DNA of 20,000 nucleotides, taken from IMG/VR virus record IMGVR_UViG_3300018056_000001; one strand, written 5' to 3'. Positions 1 to 7,508 of this stretch are shown here, one piece after another. The stretch is from an uncultured virus (IMG/VR IMGVR_UViG_3300018056_000001). Lineage: Duplodnaviria > Heunggongvirae > Uroviricota > Caudoviricetes. Each line of letters starts with the position of its first letter. Position 1 is the first letter of the stretch. The translations under genes and the position numbers were made by a program. The notes under the pieces are model-generated. The model saw nothing but the letters and a program-made list of their open reading frames with translations, was not told the origin of the DNA and made no database searches.

Positions 1-715
1 ACATGGGGCCGGCGACGTTGGCGGCAACCAATCCGGTCGGAGGGGTCAGGGCCGGCGCCACATCGACGCGTGTCTGCCCGCCATAGCTCGGAAAGGCGTT
101 GCCGAAGATCGAGACGTTGGTCCCGTCGTTCAGCGCTTCCTCGATGCCATTGAGTTCGGCCGAACGATCGTCGCCTGGAAGGGCTTGGCCGTGATGGAAG
201 GCCGCGATTTCCAGAATGGCCGACATGGTCAGAGCCGCCTGTTGCATATCCGTCCGAATGACGGAGAAGGCCGCTCGCGGTCCCGCCATCTCGACTTCGA
301 TGTCCTCGAGGAACTCGGTGACGTTGACTTGATAGTACCTGGGATTGAAGAGTAGTCCCGTACGGGTCTGCCGCCGTGTCACGTCGAAGCTCGCCCCTTT
401 CTTGTACGCGCCCCCCTTCATCGGCTTGTACATGAAATTTTCTTGAATCTGGGGGCCAATCCACTTTCTCGTGAAGCGGGCCTTGGCCATCGCGATGAAC
501 GGCCCGGCCTTGAAATAGCCGTCAACGACACCGGGCGAGATCTCCTTGGCGACCGTCGTGTTGACATCATCCAACTGAATAGCCAGGATCATGGGCGCGA
601 GAAGAAGACTCTCAGGACGGATCCAGGCCATGAGCGCCCAGAGAGCCAGACCAGTCAAACGTGGATGGGCGACGATCCAACCGATCGCCGCGTGGAACCG
701 TTGCCAGAGAGTCAC
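1..715 (-). CDS. Major capsid protein, podovirus-type, 5' part (runs off the window), with ~44-aa hydrophobic N-terminal extension
   Basis: Hand-translated open frame from GTG at 715 (AGGAGG 7 nt upstream): MTLWQRFHAAIGWIVAHPRLTGLALWALMAWIRPESLLLAPMILAIQLDDVNTTVAKEISPGVVDGYFKAGPFIAMAKARFTRKWIGPQIQENFMYKPMKGGAYKKGASFDV...ELNGIEEALNDG...YGGQTR. From IQLDD onward it resembles podovirus-type MCPs, and it follows the portal and scaffold genes. Confidence 0.8.
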   Translation of the reverse strand, partial: MTLWQRFHAAIGWIVAHPRLTGLALWALMAWIRPESLLLAPMILAIQLDDVNTTVAKEISPGVVDGYFKAGPFIAMAKARFTRKWIGPQIQENFMYKPMKGGAYKKGASFDVTRRQTRTGLLFNPRYYQVNVTEFLEDIEVEMAGPRAAFSVIRTDMQQAALTMSAILEIAAFHHGQALPGDDRSAELNGIEEALNDGTNVSIFGNAFPSYGGQTRVDVAPALTPPTGLVAANVAGPM

Positions 716-726
716 AGGGCTTCCTC

Positions 727-1530
727 CTACGCGCCCGATTGGTGACGCGCCTGCTGCAACCGTTCGTATTCCACCACGGCGGTGTCGACGGTGTGCGAGG
801 CAGGTCCGTCCTTCTGGGCGAGCGCGTCGAGCGGCGAGGGATCCGCATGGTACGTCGGATAGGGCTGTTGGATCGCCGACAGCTTCTTCCGTTCCTCGAC
901 CATCCGATCCTCGACGAGTTTATTGATGCGCGTGTTCTCCGCCTCGGTCGCCTTGGCAGTCACACGCTCTCCGTGAACCGTGTTGTAGGCGTCCTGCAGA
1001 CCATATACGCGTCCGGGTTGTCCCTTGACGGACTGACCCAGGTGCGGATCGGAGAGGAGGGCACTCATGTCGAGCACTTCGTTGAACATCTGCAAGTGGC
1101 GAGACGAGAGCGTGACGCCCAAGGCGAACGCGCCGGCAAAGGCCCGGTCGCGGTGTTCGAGTTCGTCTTGAAACGCTTTCATGTCCAGAGCAGGAGCGAG
1201 TGGGGGATCTCCCTCTTTCTTCGGTGGGGTCCCCTTCAGCTTGTCGTATTCCGGCTTGATCACCCGATACTCCTGGATCGCCTTCTGGTTGTTGTCCCAC
1301 CAGTCTTGGTTCTGTGCCCTCAGATCGTCGAGTTCGTCTTCCTTCACCTTCAGTTCGTCGAACTTCCGATTGATCTCCGGCTGCGCGAGGGCCCCTGTCC
1401 CGAGGACTTCCAGGGCGCCTTCGTGCTCAGCCTTCCCGAAAATCGCCTCGGCCTGTGCTCGATCCGCTTCCGCGAGCCTCGCGAGCACTCCAGCCAAGAA
1501 TGACTTTCCTGCATCGGACGCTTTGGACAT
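727..1530 (-). CDS. Putative capsid scaffolding protein
   Basis: 267 aa, helical and charged with coiled-coil segments. AAGGAG RBS. Lies immediately upstream of the MCP. Call is based on position and composition. Confidence 0.6.
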   Translation of the reverse strand: MSKASDAGKSFLAGVLARLAEADRAQAEAIFGKAEHEGALEVLGTGALAQPEINRKFDELKVKEDELDDLRAQNQDWWDNNQKAIQEYRVIKPEYDKLKGTPPKKEGDPPLAPALDMKAFQDELEHRDRAFAGAFALGVTLSSRHLQMFNEVLDMSALLSDPHLGQSVKGQPGRVYGLQDAYNTVHGERVTAKATEAENTRINKLVEDRMVEERKKLSAIQQPYPTYHADPSPLDALAQKDGPASHTVDTAVVEYERLQQARHQSGA

Positions 1531-1584
1531 ACCCTGCTCCTTGACGAGTCCAGTCCCTCCCTAACGGGTCCAGGACCTCTCGTC

Positions 1585-1956
1585 TTAGATCGTTCCGGCC
1601 CCGGCAATGCCTCTGTCGATTCCGCCGCCAGGGTAGGCGGGACCGGCATTGGTGGGAGACGTCGCACCCGCGCCGCCTTCCATCAATTTCGCTAAGTACT
1701 GCTGCAACATGTCCTTCATCATCGTCAGCATGGACGCTTGATCGGGAGTGATCTGGGCGAAGCTGTCGAGCATGTCGCTGATTTTTTGGGCGGAGGCCGT
1801 GAGACCAGTCAGGACCTCCGGAGGTAAACGGTTTGATGGAATCTGGGGGGCTAAGCCCTGCATCGAGAACGGCGCTGAACCCTGCAAGCCCCCCATCGGC
1901 GTTGGCGACGGGGGCGGGGCGTCGAGCGCCGAGGATCCCGGCATCGGGAGTGCCAT
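1585..1956 (-). CDS. Pro/Gly/Met-rich head-module protein
   Basis: 123 aa. ATG directly follows the upstream TAG (TAGATG). Disordered ends flank a short helical core. Confidence 0.7.
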   Translation of the reverse strand: MALPMPGSSALDAPPPSPTPMGGLQGSAPFSMQGLAPQIPSNRLPPEVLTGLTASAQKISDMLDSFAQITPDQASMLTMMKDMLQQYLAKLMEGGAGATSPTNAGPAYPGGGIDRGIAGAGTI

Positions 1957-2097
1957 CTAGCGTTTTCCCTTTCCGAAACTTCGGCCCTTTTTCATGGAGA
2001 GTGCGGGAGCCTTCCTCACCATGGACGCGGGCTGCTGGAGACGAGGGGTGCGCGAGGGCATCGCGACGTCTTTCGAGACACGGTCCATGCCCTTCAT
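1957..2097 (-). CDS. Small basic protein, 46 aa (not in ORF track)
   Basis: MKGMDRVSKDVAMPSRTPRLQQPASMVRKAPALSMKKGRSFGKGKR. ATGA overlap upstream, TAGATG junction downstream. Confidence 0.7.
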   Translation of the reverse strand: MKGMDRVSKDVAMPSRTPRLQQPASMVRKAPALSMKKGRSFGKGKR

Positions 2098-2306
2098 CGC
2101 TTCCCTCCTAATTTTTTCGGTGCGGCCATCGACTTGTCCTTCACGACGGGTTTGGTCGGTTCGGCGCGAGTGACCTTCTTCCCTTCAGGAGGAAGCTGGA
2201 TATCTCTCGTGCGCTTCCCTTTCATGACCTCCATGAAGGTCGGGTCGTCGAAGCGTGCGGGACGCACCTGATAGAGTGGGTTGTCCCGAAGCCAATCACG
2301 ACCCAT
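2094..2306 (-). CDS. Small basic protein, 70 aa
   Basis: Lys/Arg-rich, ends KKLGGKR, abuts both neighbours. Confidence 0.7.
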   Translation of the reverse strand: MGRDWLRDNPLYQVRPARFDDPTFMEVMKGKRTRDIQLPPEGKKVTRAEPTKPVVKDKSMAAPKKLGGKR

Positions 2307-2307
2307 C

Positions 2308-2526
2308 TCAGCGCTTTCGACCAGACGACCGGGACCCGATCAAGCCTTTCTGCTTCAGCATGTCGATCCCGCCCCGAATAGACCCTAGGATCCCTGTTCG
2401 AGGATCGGTGGGGCCACGCGCGGACAGATGGATGTCCGTCTCCCGTTTTCCCGTGAAGCCCGCGGCCTTTTTCGCTTTCTCCAAGCCCGCGCGATCACCA
2501 CCGAAGTAGGGGGGACGATCCGCCAT
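2308..2526 (-). CDS. Small basic protein, 72 aa
   Basis: Gly/Lys/Arg-rich, ends RSSGRKR, 1-2 nt gaps to neighbours. Confidence 0.7.
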   Translation of the reverse strand: MADRPPYFGGDRAGLEKAKKAAGFTGKRETDIHLSARGPTDPRTGILGSIRGGIDMLKQKGLIGSRSSGRKR

Positions 2527-2528
2527 GC

Positions 2529-2708
2529 TTAGCGACCTCGGGAGAATGATCGCTTCACGGCTTTGCCAGGGGCGGCGAGGCCCTTGTTGATCCCTCGCCC
2601 GGTCTGGCCGACAGCTTTTCCGACCATCTTCCCCGTTCCCGTGACGGCCTTGTGGACGTCCTTGAAGGGTCTGCCGAGTGCCTTGCCGAGTCCACCGAGG
2701 AATCCCAT
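2529..2708 (-). CDS. Small basic Gly/Lys-rich protein, 59 aa (start revised to 2708)
   Basis: MGFLGGLGKALGRPFKDVHKAVTGTGKMVGKAVGQTGRGINKGLAAPGKAVKRSFSRGR. TAATG overlap with the upstream peptide gene. Confidence 0.7.
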   Translation of the reverse strand: MGFLGGLGKALGRPFKDVHKAVTGTGKMVGKAVGQTGRGINKGLAAPGKAVKRSFSRGR

Positions 2709-2779
2709 TAGCGCTTCTCGCCCTTCATGGATTTCTTGCCCATCGGATATTTCTTCTCGCCCTTGCTGTACATCTTCAT
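2708..2779 (-). CDS. Basic micro-protein, 23 aa (not in ORF track)
   Basis: MKMYSKGEKKYPMGKKSMKGEKR. GAGGAGG RBS, ATGA overlap upstream and TAATG overlap downstream, filling the gap exactly. Confidence 0.65.
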   Translation of the reverse strand: MKMYSKGEKKYPMGKKSMKGEKR

Positions 2780-2958
2780 CGCCTTCCTCCTCGCATTGAC
2801 CGTTTCTTCCCAGGAACTTTCTCCCCCGCCTTACGTGCCTCCGACAACCCAATCGCGATGGCTTGCTTGCGAGAGCGGACGCGGGGGCCAGACTTCGATC
2901 CCGAATGGAGAGAGCCACGCTTGTACTCCCCCATGACCTTTTCGACTTTGCCCGCCAT
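2776..2958 (-). CDS. DUF6496-like small basic protein
   Basis: KVEKVMGEYKRGSLHSGS...SRKQAIAIGLSEARKAG matches the DUF6496 pattern as I recall it. Ends RSMRGGRR. Confidence 0.8.
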   Translation of the reverse strand: MAGKVEKVMGEYKRGSLHSGSKSGPRVRSRKQAIAIGLSEARKAGEKVPGKKRSMRGGRR

Positions 2959-3152
2959 CAGCGTCGAGTCCCTTGGAGCATCTGGCGCTGCACCAGACTC
3001 ATGACCTTCGTTTGTTTCCGGTGATGCTTCCGCGCCCCCGCCATCCGAGTACGATCTGACTGAATTTCAGCAGCGCGTGACAGTGTGCGATGATCGTCTT
3101 CACCCCGGAAATCGGGTTCCATCGCAATGGGAGAGGACCTCTTTTTATTCAT
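2958..3152 (-). CDS. Small basic phage head-module protein
   Basis: FRGEDDHRTLSRAAEIQSDRTRMAGA core, ends QGTRR, TGATG overlap downstream. ATG 3152 chosen because GTG 3173 lies inside the terminator stem. Confidence 0.65.
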   Translation of the reverse strand: MNKKRSSPIAMEPDFRGEDDHRTLSRAAEIQSDRTRMAGARKHHRKQTKVMSLVQRQMLQGTRR

Positions 3153-3161
3153 CGGTACACG

Positions 3162-3194
3162 AAAAAAGCCCACACTCCCTGAAGGAGGTGGGCT
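3162..3194 (-). terminator. Intrinsic terminator upstream of the basic-protein/scaffold/capsid genes
   Basis: Minus strand AGCCCAC-CTCC-ttcag-GGAG-t-GTGGGCT followed by a U-tract. Confidence 0.75.
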
Positions 3195-3221
3195 CAGCGA
3201 CGATGGATCTCGCGAGGGAGA

Positions 3222-3437
3222 TCAGCGTCGATTGGAGCGATCGGGTACGAGTGTCGGGGAAATCGAGTCGGATGTCAAGCGGATCTGTGTGTGGGGGAAC
3301 TCGACGAGGTAAGGTTTCCCATTCCGACATTGTAGGACAATCGTCCCAGTGAAGCGCCTGTCATACAGGGCTTCAAGAAGCTGGAAGAAGTCCTGTTCCT
3401 CTTCGCGGATCTGACCGAGCACGGCACCGATGCTCAC
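3222..3437 (-). CDS. Small DUF2292/YezD-like protein, 71 aa
   Basis: FFQLLEALYDRRFTGTIVLQCRNGKPYLVEFPHTQIRL resembles the helix plus beta-hairpin DUF2292 pattern. GTG start at 3437 overlaps the upstream TGA (GTGA). Confidence 0.55.
   Translation of the reverse strand: MSIGAVLGQIREEEQDFFQLLEALYDRRFTGTIVLQCRNGKPYLVEFPHTQIRLTSDSISPTLVPDRSNRR
3250..3278 (-). promoter_or_regulatory. sigma70-type promoter (TTGACA-17 nt-GACACT)
   Basis: Perfect -35 at 3278-3273, 17-nt spacer, -10 GACACT at 3255-3250, similar to TACACT of the 14.3 kb promoter. Confidence 0.55.
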
Positions 3438-3601
3438 AGGATGAACCCTGAGAAGACAAACCGAGCCGGGGGGACCGTATCGAGCAGGGTGAAAAGAACC
3501 TGAGTCCCCGACGAGAGGTGTAGGCACCAGGAGCACTCACGGAGATAGGTCCCGTCTCGCTCCATCCGCTGCCACTCTCCACGGAATTCCCAATAAATCA
3601 T
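3434..3601 (-). CDS. Hypothetical protein, 55 aa (not in ORF track)
   Basis: MIYWEFRGEWQRMERDGTYLRECSWCLHLSSGTQVLFTLLDTVPPARFVFSGFIL. ATGA overlap with the portal stop and GTGA overlap downstream. Confidence 0.5.
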   Translation of the reverse strand: MIYWEFRGEWQRMERDGTYLRECSWCLHLSSGTQVLFTLLDTVPPARFVFSGFIL

Positions 3602-5772
3602 TTGCTCGACTCCGTCACGGTGGTGCGCGAGCCCCCATCCTTTTCTTCGATCTGGGGAGATTCCTGACCGGATGCCTTCCGGCCGGCAGGATTGACCGCC
3701 ACGCCAATCCCAACCGTGTTCTGGGCCATCAACCGCTCGGTGACGGTCGTCGGGACACGGATCTCCATGATCTGTCCTGACTCAGGATCCATTGTGAAGG
3801 TTTGGCCCGTATTCGGATCGGTGTATTGAGGTGGCGCCATTGGGGGCTGCATCCCTTGCATCCCCCCACCTCCCTCTGGTCCCCCCATCATCGTCGACGC
3901 TTGTGCGGCTTGGAGGGCCTGCTGCATCATGCCCATCAGGATCTCAGGCCCTGGAGGTTTCAGGGGCGGGAGGGGAATCGCCGGAGGAGCCCCGACATTT
4001 GGTGTTTCGAGAGTCTCGTGCAGGGACCAAAAGTCATACGCGCCCATCCGATAGAGCTGGAGGCGCGTCATCTTGTTTTCCTGGGCGTTCATCGCGAGGA
4101 CGGAGTTGGGCGCGACGACGAAGATAAATTGCTTGTGGAAGAATTGGGCACGCTGGTCGGCGGTGGTGTTGTTGGCGTCGAGTTCGGGAGTGTAGCCCTC
4201 CTCGCCAGGGAGCTTGGCAGGAACGAGCTTGCCTGGGTCATAGTCGAAGTCATCGAGCGTGACGCCGGCCGGCCCGAGAATCTGCACACGCTTCGTGGTC
4301 GAGAGGAATTGAAAGTAGTTGACCTTCACCATCTCGGCCATATCGCGCAAGAAGGCTTCAACCTGCCGTGCCTCAGACCGAATTTCAGGGGTCAAGGCTT
4401 CGTAATACTTCTGGATTGTGTCCGCGGACGGAAGCTGGCGGAGCTGCAGGAGCGCGGCTAGATTCGCAGTCCCAGACAGATCGGTAAATTTGGTCGTGAG
4501 CTTCTCCCAGAGGTCGATCGCCATCGAGAGGACTTGGGCGTTGGGACCATCCTGCTTCGCGTAGGGCTCACCATACCCCGGCTGCACCTTTATTCGCTTT
4601 CCTGGGCGCCGGGGATCCAGGAGACGCATCGTGGTCTCAGAGACCGCATTGCGGTTGTAGACGATATCGGGATCGACCCACTGACGGATTCCTAAGCGAA
4701 TATCGTGCATGGTTTCATTGATCGCATCCTGGACGGGCAGGAGATCGTTGAAGAGGGGGATGCCTAAGAGCTGCCACGGGACTGACCAGAGCTTCAGCCG
4801 ACAGATCGGGAAAAGCCCGTGCCAGGAGGGATTGGGACCGTCATAGACGATGGCATCATCGGTCGAGACGATCAGTCGTCCCCGAGGATAGAGGGGCTGG
4901 TTGGGCTGGACGACGTAGGCCCAATTGGTTCCTGGGGTACCCAACGCGATCGGTTTGTCTGTCAGGTTCCGAGTCCGATCCTTCAGATAGGTGCGGTAGA
5001 GGACGATCCGCCCTGGGCGCATAATTCGAGTGTGGGCGCCATGCTGAGACAAGCTATCCAGGGGATCCGCTGGAGTCAGGAGTCTGGCCGTGATCGATCG
5101 AAATCGCCCCATGACTCGCCCAAGGGAGGTGTCAGAGGCTGGCTTGAAGAGATAGGATCGAGTTGGGTACATCCCCTTCAAGACATTGACCGAATGCTCC
5201 TCACGGAGGATCACGCCTTCCCAGAACTGAGGCGATCGGGTGAGGGAGGGGCGGATTGGGAGCGTATCGCGAGGATCTCGCGCGGAGAATTGATTGGCAC
5301 CTCCGAGGGGGACATGGGGGTCCCAATCGATGACGAGATCCCCTGTGCCGGCGGCAAGGGAGTACTTGATGACATCGCCCAGGTCGAGGTCGTACATCAT
5401 CGTAACCCACTCGGCGACGGCATATTGGTTGAGGAGATCGGCCTGGACCTGATAGAGAGGGTTGGTGCGCCACCCAAATAGGGGTTTCAGGTCAGTCAAG
5501 GCGGACACGTGGGCCTGCATCGCCTTACGGGATTCATTGACGATGATTTGGGGGAGATACTTCAGTCGACGCTGTTCCAAGGAGAGCTGCTCGCCCACGA
5601 CATAGGCTTGAGCACGACTGATGACCTCATAGGAAGGGTCAGATCGGTTGGTGAAATCACCTTCCTGAATGGATTCTTTCAGCCAGCCCAGAACACGAGG
5701 ATCGCCGTGCTGCAGAGATTCTGCAGAAGTGGCAGGAAGGTCCAGTAATCCCGAGGTACTGAATTCGGCCAT
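3598..5772 (-). CDS. Portal protein (podovirus/P22-like)
   Basis: 724 aa between TerL and the scaffold/capsid genes. GPNPSWHGLFPI...GIPLFNDLLPVQDAIN motif and a long Pro/Gln/Met-rich C-terminus. Confidence 0.85.
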   Translation of the reverse strand: MAEFSTSGLLDLPATSAESLQHGDPRVLGWLKESIQEGDFTNRSDPSYEVISRAQAYVVGEQLSLEQRRLKYLPQIIVNESRKAMQAHVSALTDLKPLFGWRTNPLYQVQADLLNQYAVAEWVTMMYDLDLGDVIKYSLAAGTGDLVIDWDPHVPLGGANQFSARDPRDTLPIRPSLTRSPQFWEGVILREEHSVNVLKGMYPTRSYLFKPASDTSLGRVMGRFRSITARLLTPADPLDSLSQHGAHTRIMRPGRIVLYRTYLKDRTRNLTDKPIALGTPGTNWAYVVQPNQPLYPRGRLIVSTDDAIVYDGPNPSWHGLFPICRLKLWSVPWQLLGIPLFNDLLPVQDAINETMHDIRLGIRQWVDPDIVYNRNAVSETTMRLLDPRRPGKRIKVQPGYGEPYAKQDGPNAQVLSMAIDLWEKLTTKFTDLSGTANLAALLQLRQLPSADTIQKYYEALTPEIRSEARQVEAFLRDMAEMVKVNYFQFLSTTKRVQILGPAGVTLDDFDYDPGKLVPAKLPGEEGYTPELDANNTTADQRAQFFHKQFIFVVAPNSVLAMNAQENKMTRLQLYRMGAYDFWSLHETLETPNVGAPPAIPLPPLKPPGPEILMGMMQQALQAAQASTMMGGPEGGGGMQGMQPPMAPPQYTDPNTGQTFTMDPESGQIMEIRVPTTVTERLMAQNTVGIGVAVNPAGRKASGQESPQIEEKDGGSRTTVTESSK

Positions 5773-5934
5773 CTAGTCACCCACGGTCAACACACCGTCC
5801 GATGTCCGCAGGCAGTACAGCCCGAAGGCGAGGTGTGCACGCGAGCGTTGAGCGATCCCCCGAGCAAACCAGCGTGCCGCCTCCCAGAGGCGCCGAGACA
5901 ACGAAGGCCGATAGTAATAGATCTGCCGGGTCAT
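5773..5934 (-). CDS. Hypothetical basic protein, 53 aa (not in ORF track)
   Basis: MTRQIYYYRPSLSRRLWEAARWFARGIAQRSRAHLAFGLYCLRTSDGVLTVGD. ATGA overlap upstream, TAGATG junction with portal. Confidence 0.55.
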   Translation of the reverse strand: MTRQIYYYRPSLSRRLWEAARWFARGIAQRSRAHLAFGLYCLRTSDGVLTVGD

Positions 5935-6212
5935 GCGTGGTGCTCGCTGGTGATCTCAGGGGTAAGAGGTTGAAAGCCTAGTTGAGCATGGCAGTGTGGA
6001 CAGGCCCACGTCGCCCAGATCCACAAGCGCAAATTCTCCCCATTCGCGATCCGCGCACGCTCGTCTTCGGTGAAGGACCATTCAGTCAGGACGCGGCCAT
6101 CGTTGTAGACGAGAGCGGGAAGTGTGAGGAATTCGTCCTGATGCTTGGCGATCTCGACGAAGCGAGGCTCGGGATCCTGCGCGAGGACGGAGAGTGTGTC
6201 GACAGGTTCCAT
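5931..6212 (-). CDS. Phage hypothetical protein
   Basis: 93 aa, AKHQDEFLTLPA...GRVLTEWSFTEDER core, coupled to both neighbours. Confidence 0.7.
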   Translation of the reverse strand: MEPVDTLSVLAQDPEPRFVEIAKHQDEFLTLPALVYNDGRVLTEWSFTEDERARIANGENLRLWIWATWACPHCHAQLGFQPLTPEITSEHHA

Positions 6213-6709
6213 TAGGTCTCCCCGAGTGCTGAGGCATTCGCATCACTGACACCAGGGCCATAGCTCTCATCAGGTGCCTCAGCCGATTTCTTGAGAGTCG
6301 ATCCGAACTTTCGCTTGGCCGCAGGAGAGGGCTGCTCCCCACACACAGTTCCATGAGTATTGACATCCTTGTTGGAATCGTTCTGGGACCACTTGCGAAA
6401 GGTGATCTGCTGCCCTTCCTTGTTGCGGGCTAAGATCTCGGACTCGCGCTCGATGCGACGAAGTTTCTGGAGGCTATCGACGACGACTTCCTGATTGCGT
6501 CCATCGTAGGTGACGAAGGGTTCAAATCCGCCTCCAGTCGCGGCATCCATCGCGCCGACCTGGGGAATCCAGTCCATCAGGATCCAGGAGCCCACACAGA
6601 GACAGGCGTTACAGGGTGGGGCGGTGTGCTCGCCGCCTTCGGCGATGGTGCGGAATTGATCACGGAGCAGGGTGCCACAGACCGTACATTGATAATCGTG
6701 TAAAGCCAC
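6212..6709 (-). CDS. FmdB-like zinc-ribbon protein
   Basis: N-terminal MALHDYQCTVCG...PPCNAC (two CxxC). This family is common beside phage portal genes. Confidence 0.7.
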   Translation of the reverse strand: MALHDYQCTVCGTLLRDQFRTIAEGGEHTAPPCNACLCVGSWILMDWIPQVGAMDAATGGGFEPFVTYDGRNQEVVVDSLQKLRRIERESEILARNKEGQQITFRKWSQNDSNKDVNTHGTVCGEQPSPAAKRKFGSTLKKSAEAPDESYGPGVSDANASALGET

Positions 6710-6954
6710 TACCGGCGCCCTCCACGTGCGTTCCTATGCATGAAATCACGCTGGCGTTTTGCTAGGGCTCGCTCGGCTTCCTTCTCCTTCGCACTGAGGA
6801 GACGAATATCCCCTCGATCCTTCTTGGGTGTGCCAAGAACTCGTTCCTTGAGCGCCGTCGCCCGCTCACCGACACGCGCGATCATCTGGGAGGGTTTGGT
6901 CAGGTGCTCGACCATTCCGCTCGTGATCTCGCCGAGGTCACGCTTGAGAGGCAT
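6709..6954 (-). CDS. Small basic protein, 81 aa
   Basis: Basic, ends RNARGGRR, TAGTG overlap downstream. Confidence 0.7.
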   Translation of the reverse strand: MPLKRDLGEITSGMVEHLTKPSQMIARVGERATALKERVLGTPKKDRGDIRLLSAKEKEAERALAKRQRDFMHRNARGGRR

Positions 6955-6956
6955 GG

Positions 6957-7508
6957 CTAGGTGTGGTAGAAAATTTCGTCTCTGATCCGATCGATGATCC
7001 GTTGAAGCTCCTGCTCGACGGTATACCCTCGCTTGCTGGCTCGATGCTTGAGTTCGGCGAGCTGGCCTGGGGTGAACTCGATCCGCACCCCTCCGATCTC
7101 GATGTTCGCCAATATCTCGATGGCTTTGGAGAGTTCTTCAGGCGAGCGTGTGGAGCCGATCCCAGTAAAGGATTCGATCTTGCCACACAGCTCCCGTGGA
7201 ACGAGGAGTCCGTCGAGGACGATTTCGTAGCGCTCGGCGAAGTGAGAAGGAATCACCACGTCAATCACCTGTTCGCCGGCTGAGACGATCCAATCGCCAC
7301 GGTGGGCAGTGTGGAAGGATCCGTCAGGCAAGATGACAGGGCCTGCCGTGAGGACCTCATGGGCAGAGAGGGGACGTACCGACTTCCGCCTCACAGGACG
7401 TTTGGTCGGTTTAGGAATCGAAATCGATGGTGGATCGGGGGTCGAAGTAGAGAGCGCTGCCCCCTCGGGTATCGTCGCGGAACTCGTCATCGGCTTCGGC
7501 TCCTTCAT
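6957..7508 (-). CDS. Hypothetical protein with GDWIV-type beta domain and possible C-terminal ribbon-helix-helix
   Basis: HTAHRGDWIVS...PSHFAERYE, then VRIEFTPGQLAELKHRASKRGYTVEQELQRII. GGAGG RBS before ATG 7508. Confidence 0.65.
   Translation of the reverse strand: MKEPKPMTSSATIPEGAALSTSTPDPPSISIPKPTKRPVRRKSVRPLSAHEVLTAGPVILPDGSFHTAHRGDWIVSAGEQVIDVVIPSHFAERYEIVLDGLLVPRELCGKIESFTGIGSTRSPEELSKAIEILANIEIGGVRIEFTPGQLAELKHRASKRGYTVEQELQRIIDRIRDEIFYHT

Noticed and set aside
2529..2918. 129-aa version of this ORF
   Set aside because: The extension overlaps the DUF6496-like gene and the 23-aa gene. The coupled ATG at 2708 fits better.
3222..3582. 104-aa and 69-aa ORF-track calls
   Set aside because: The coupled pair 3434-3601 and 3222-3437 tiles the gap with ATGA/GTGA overlaps.
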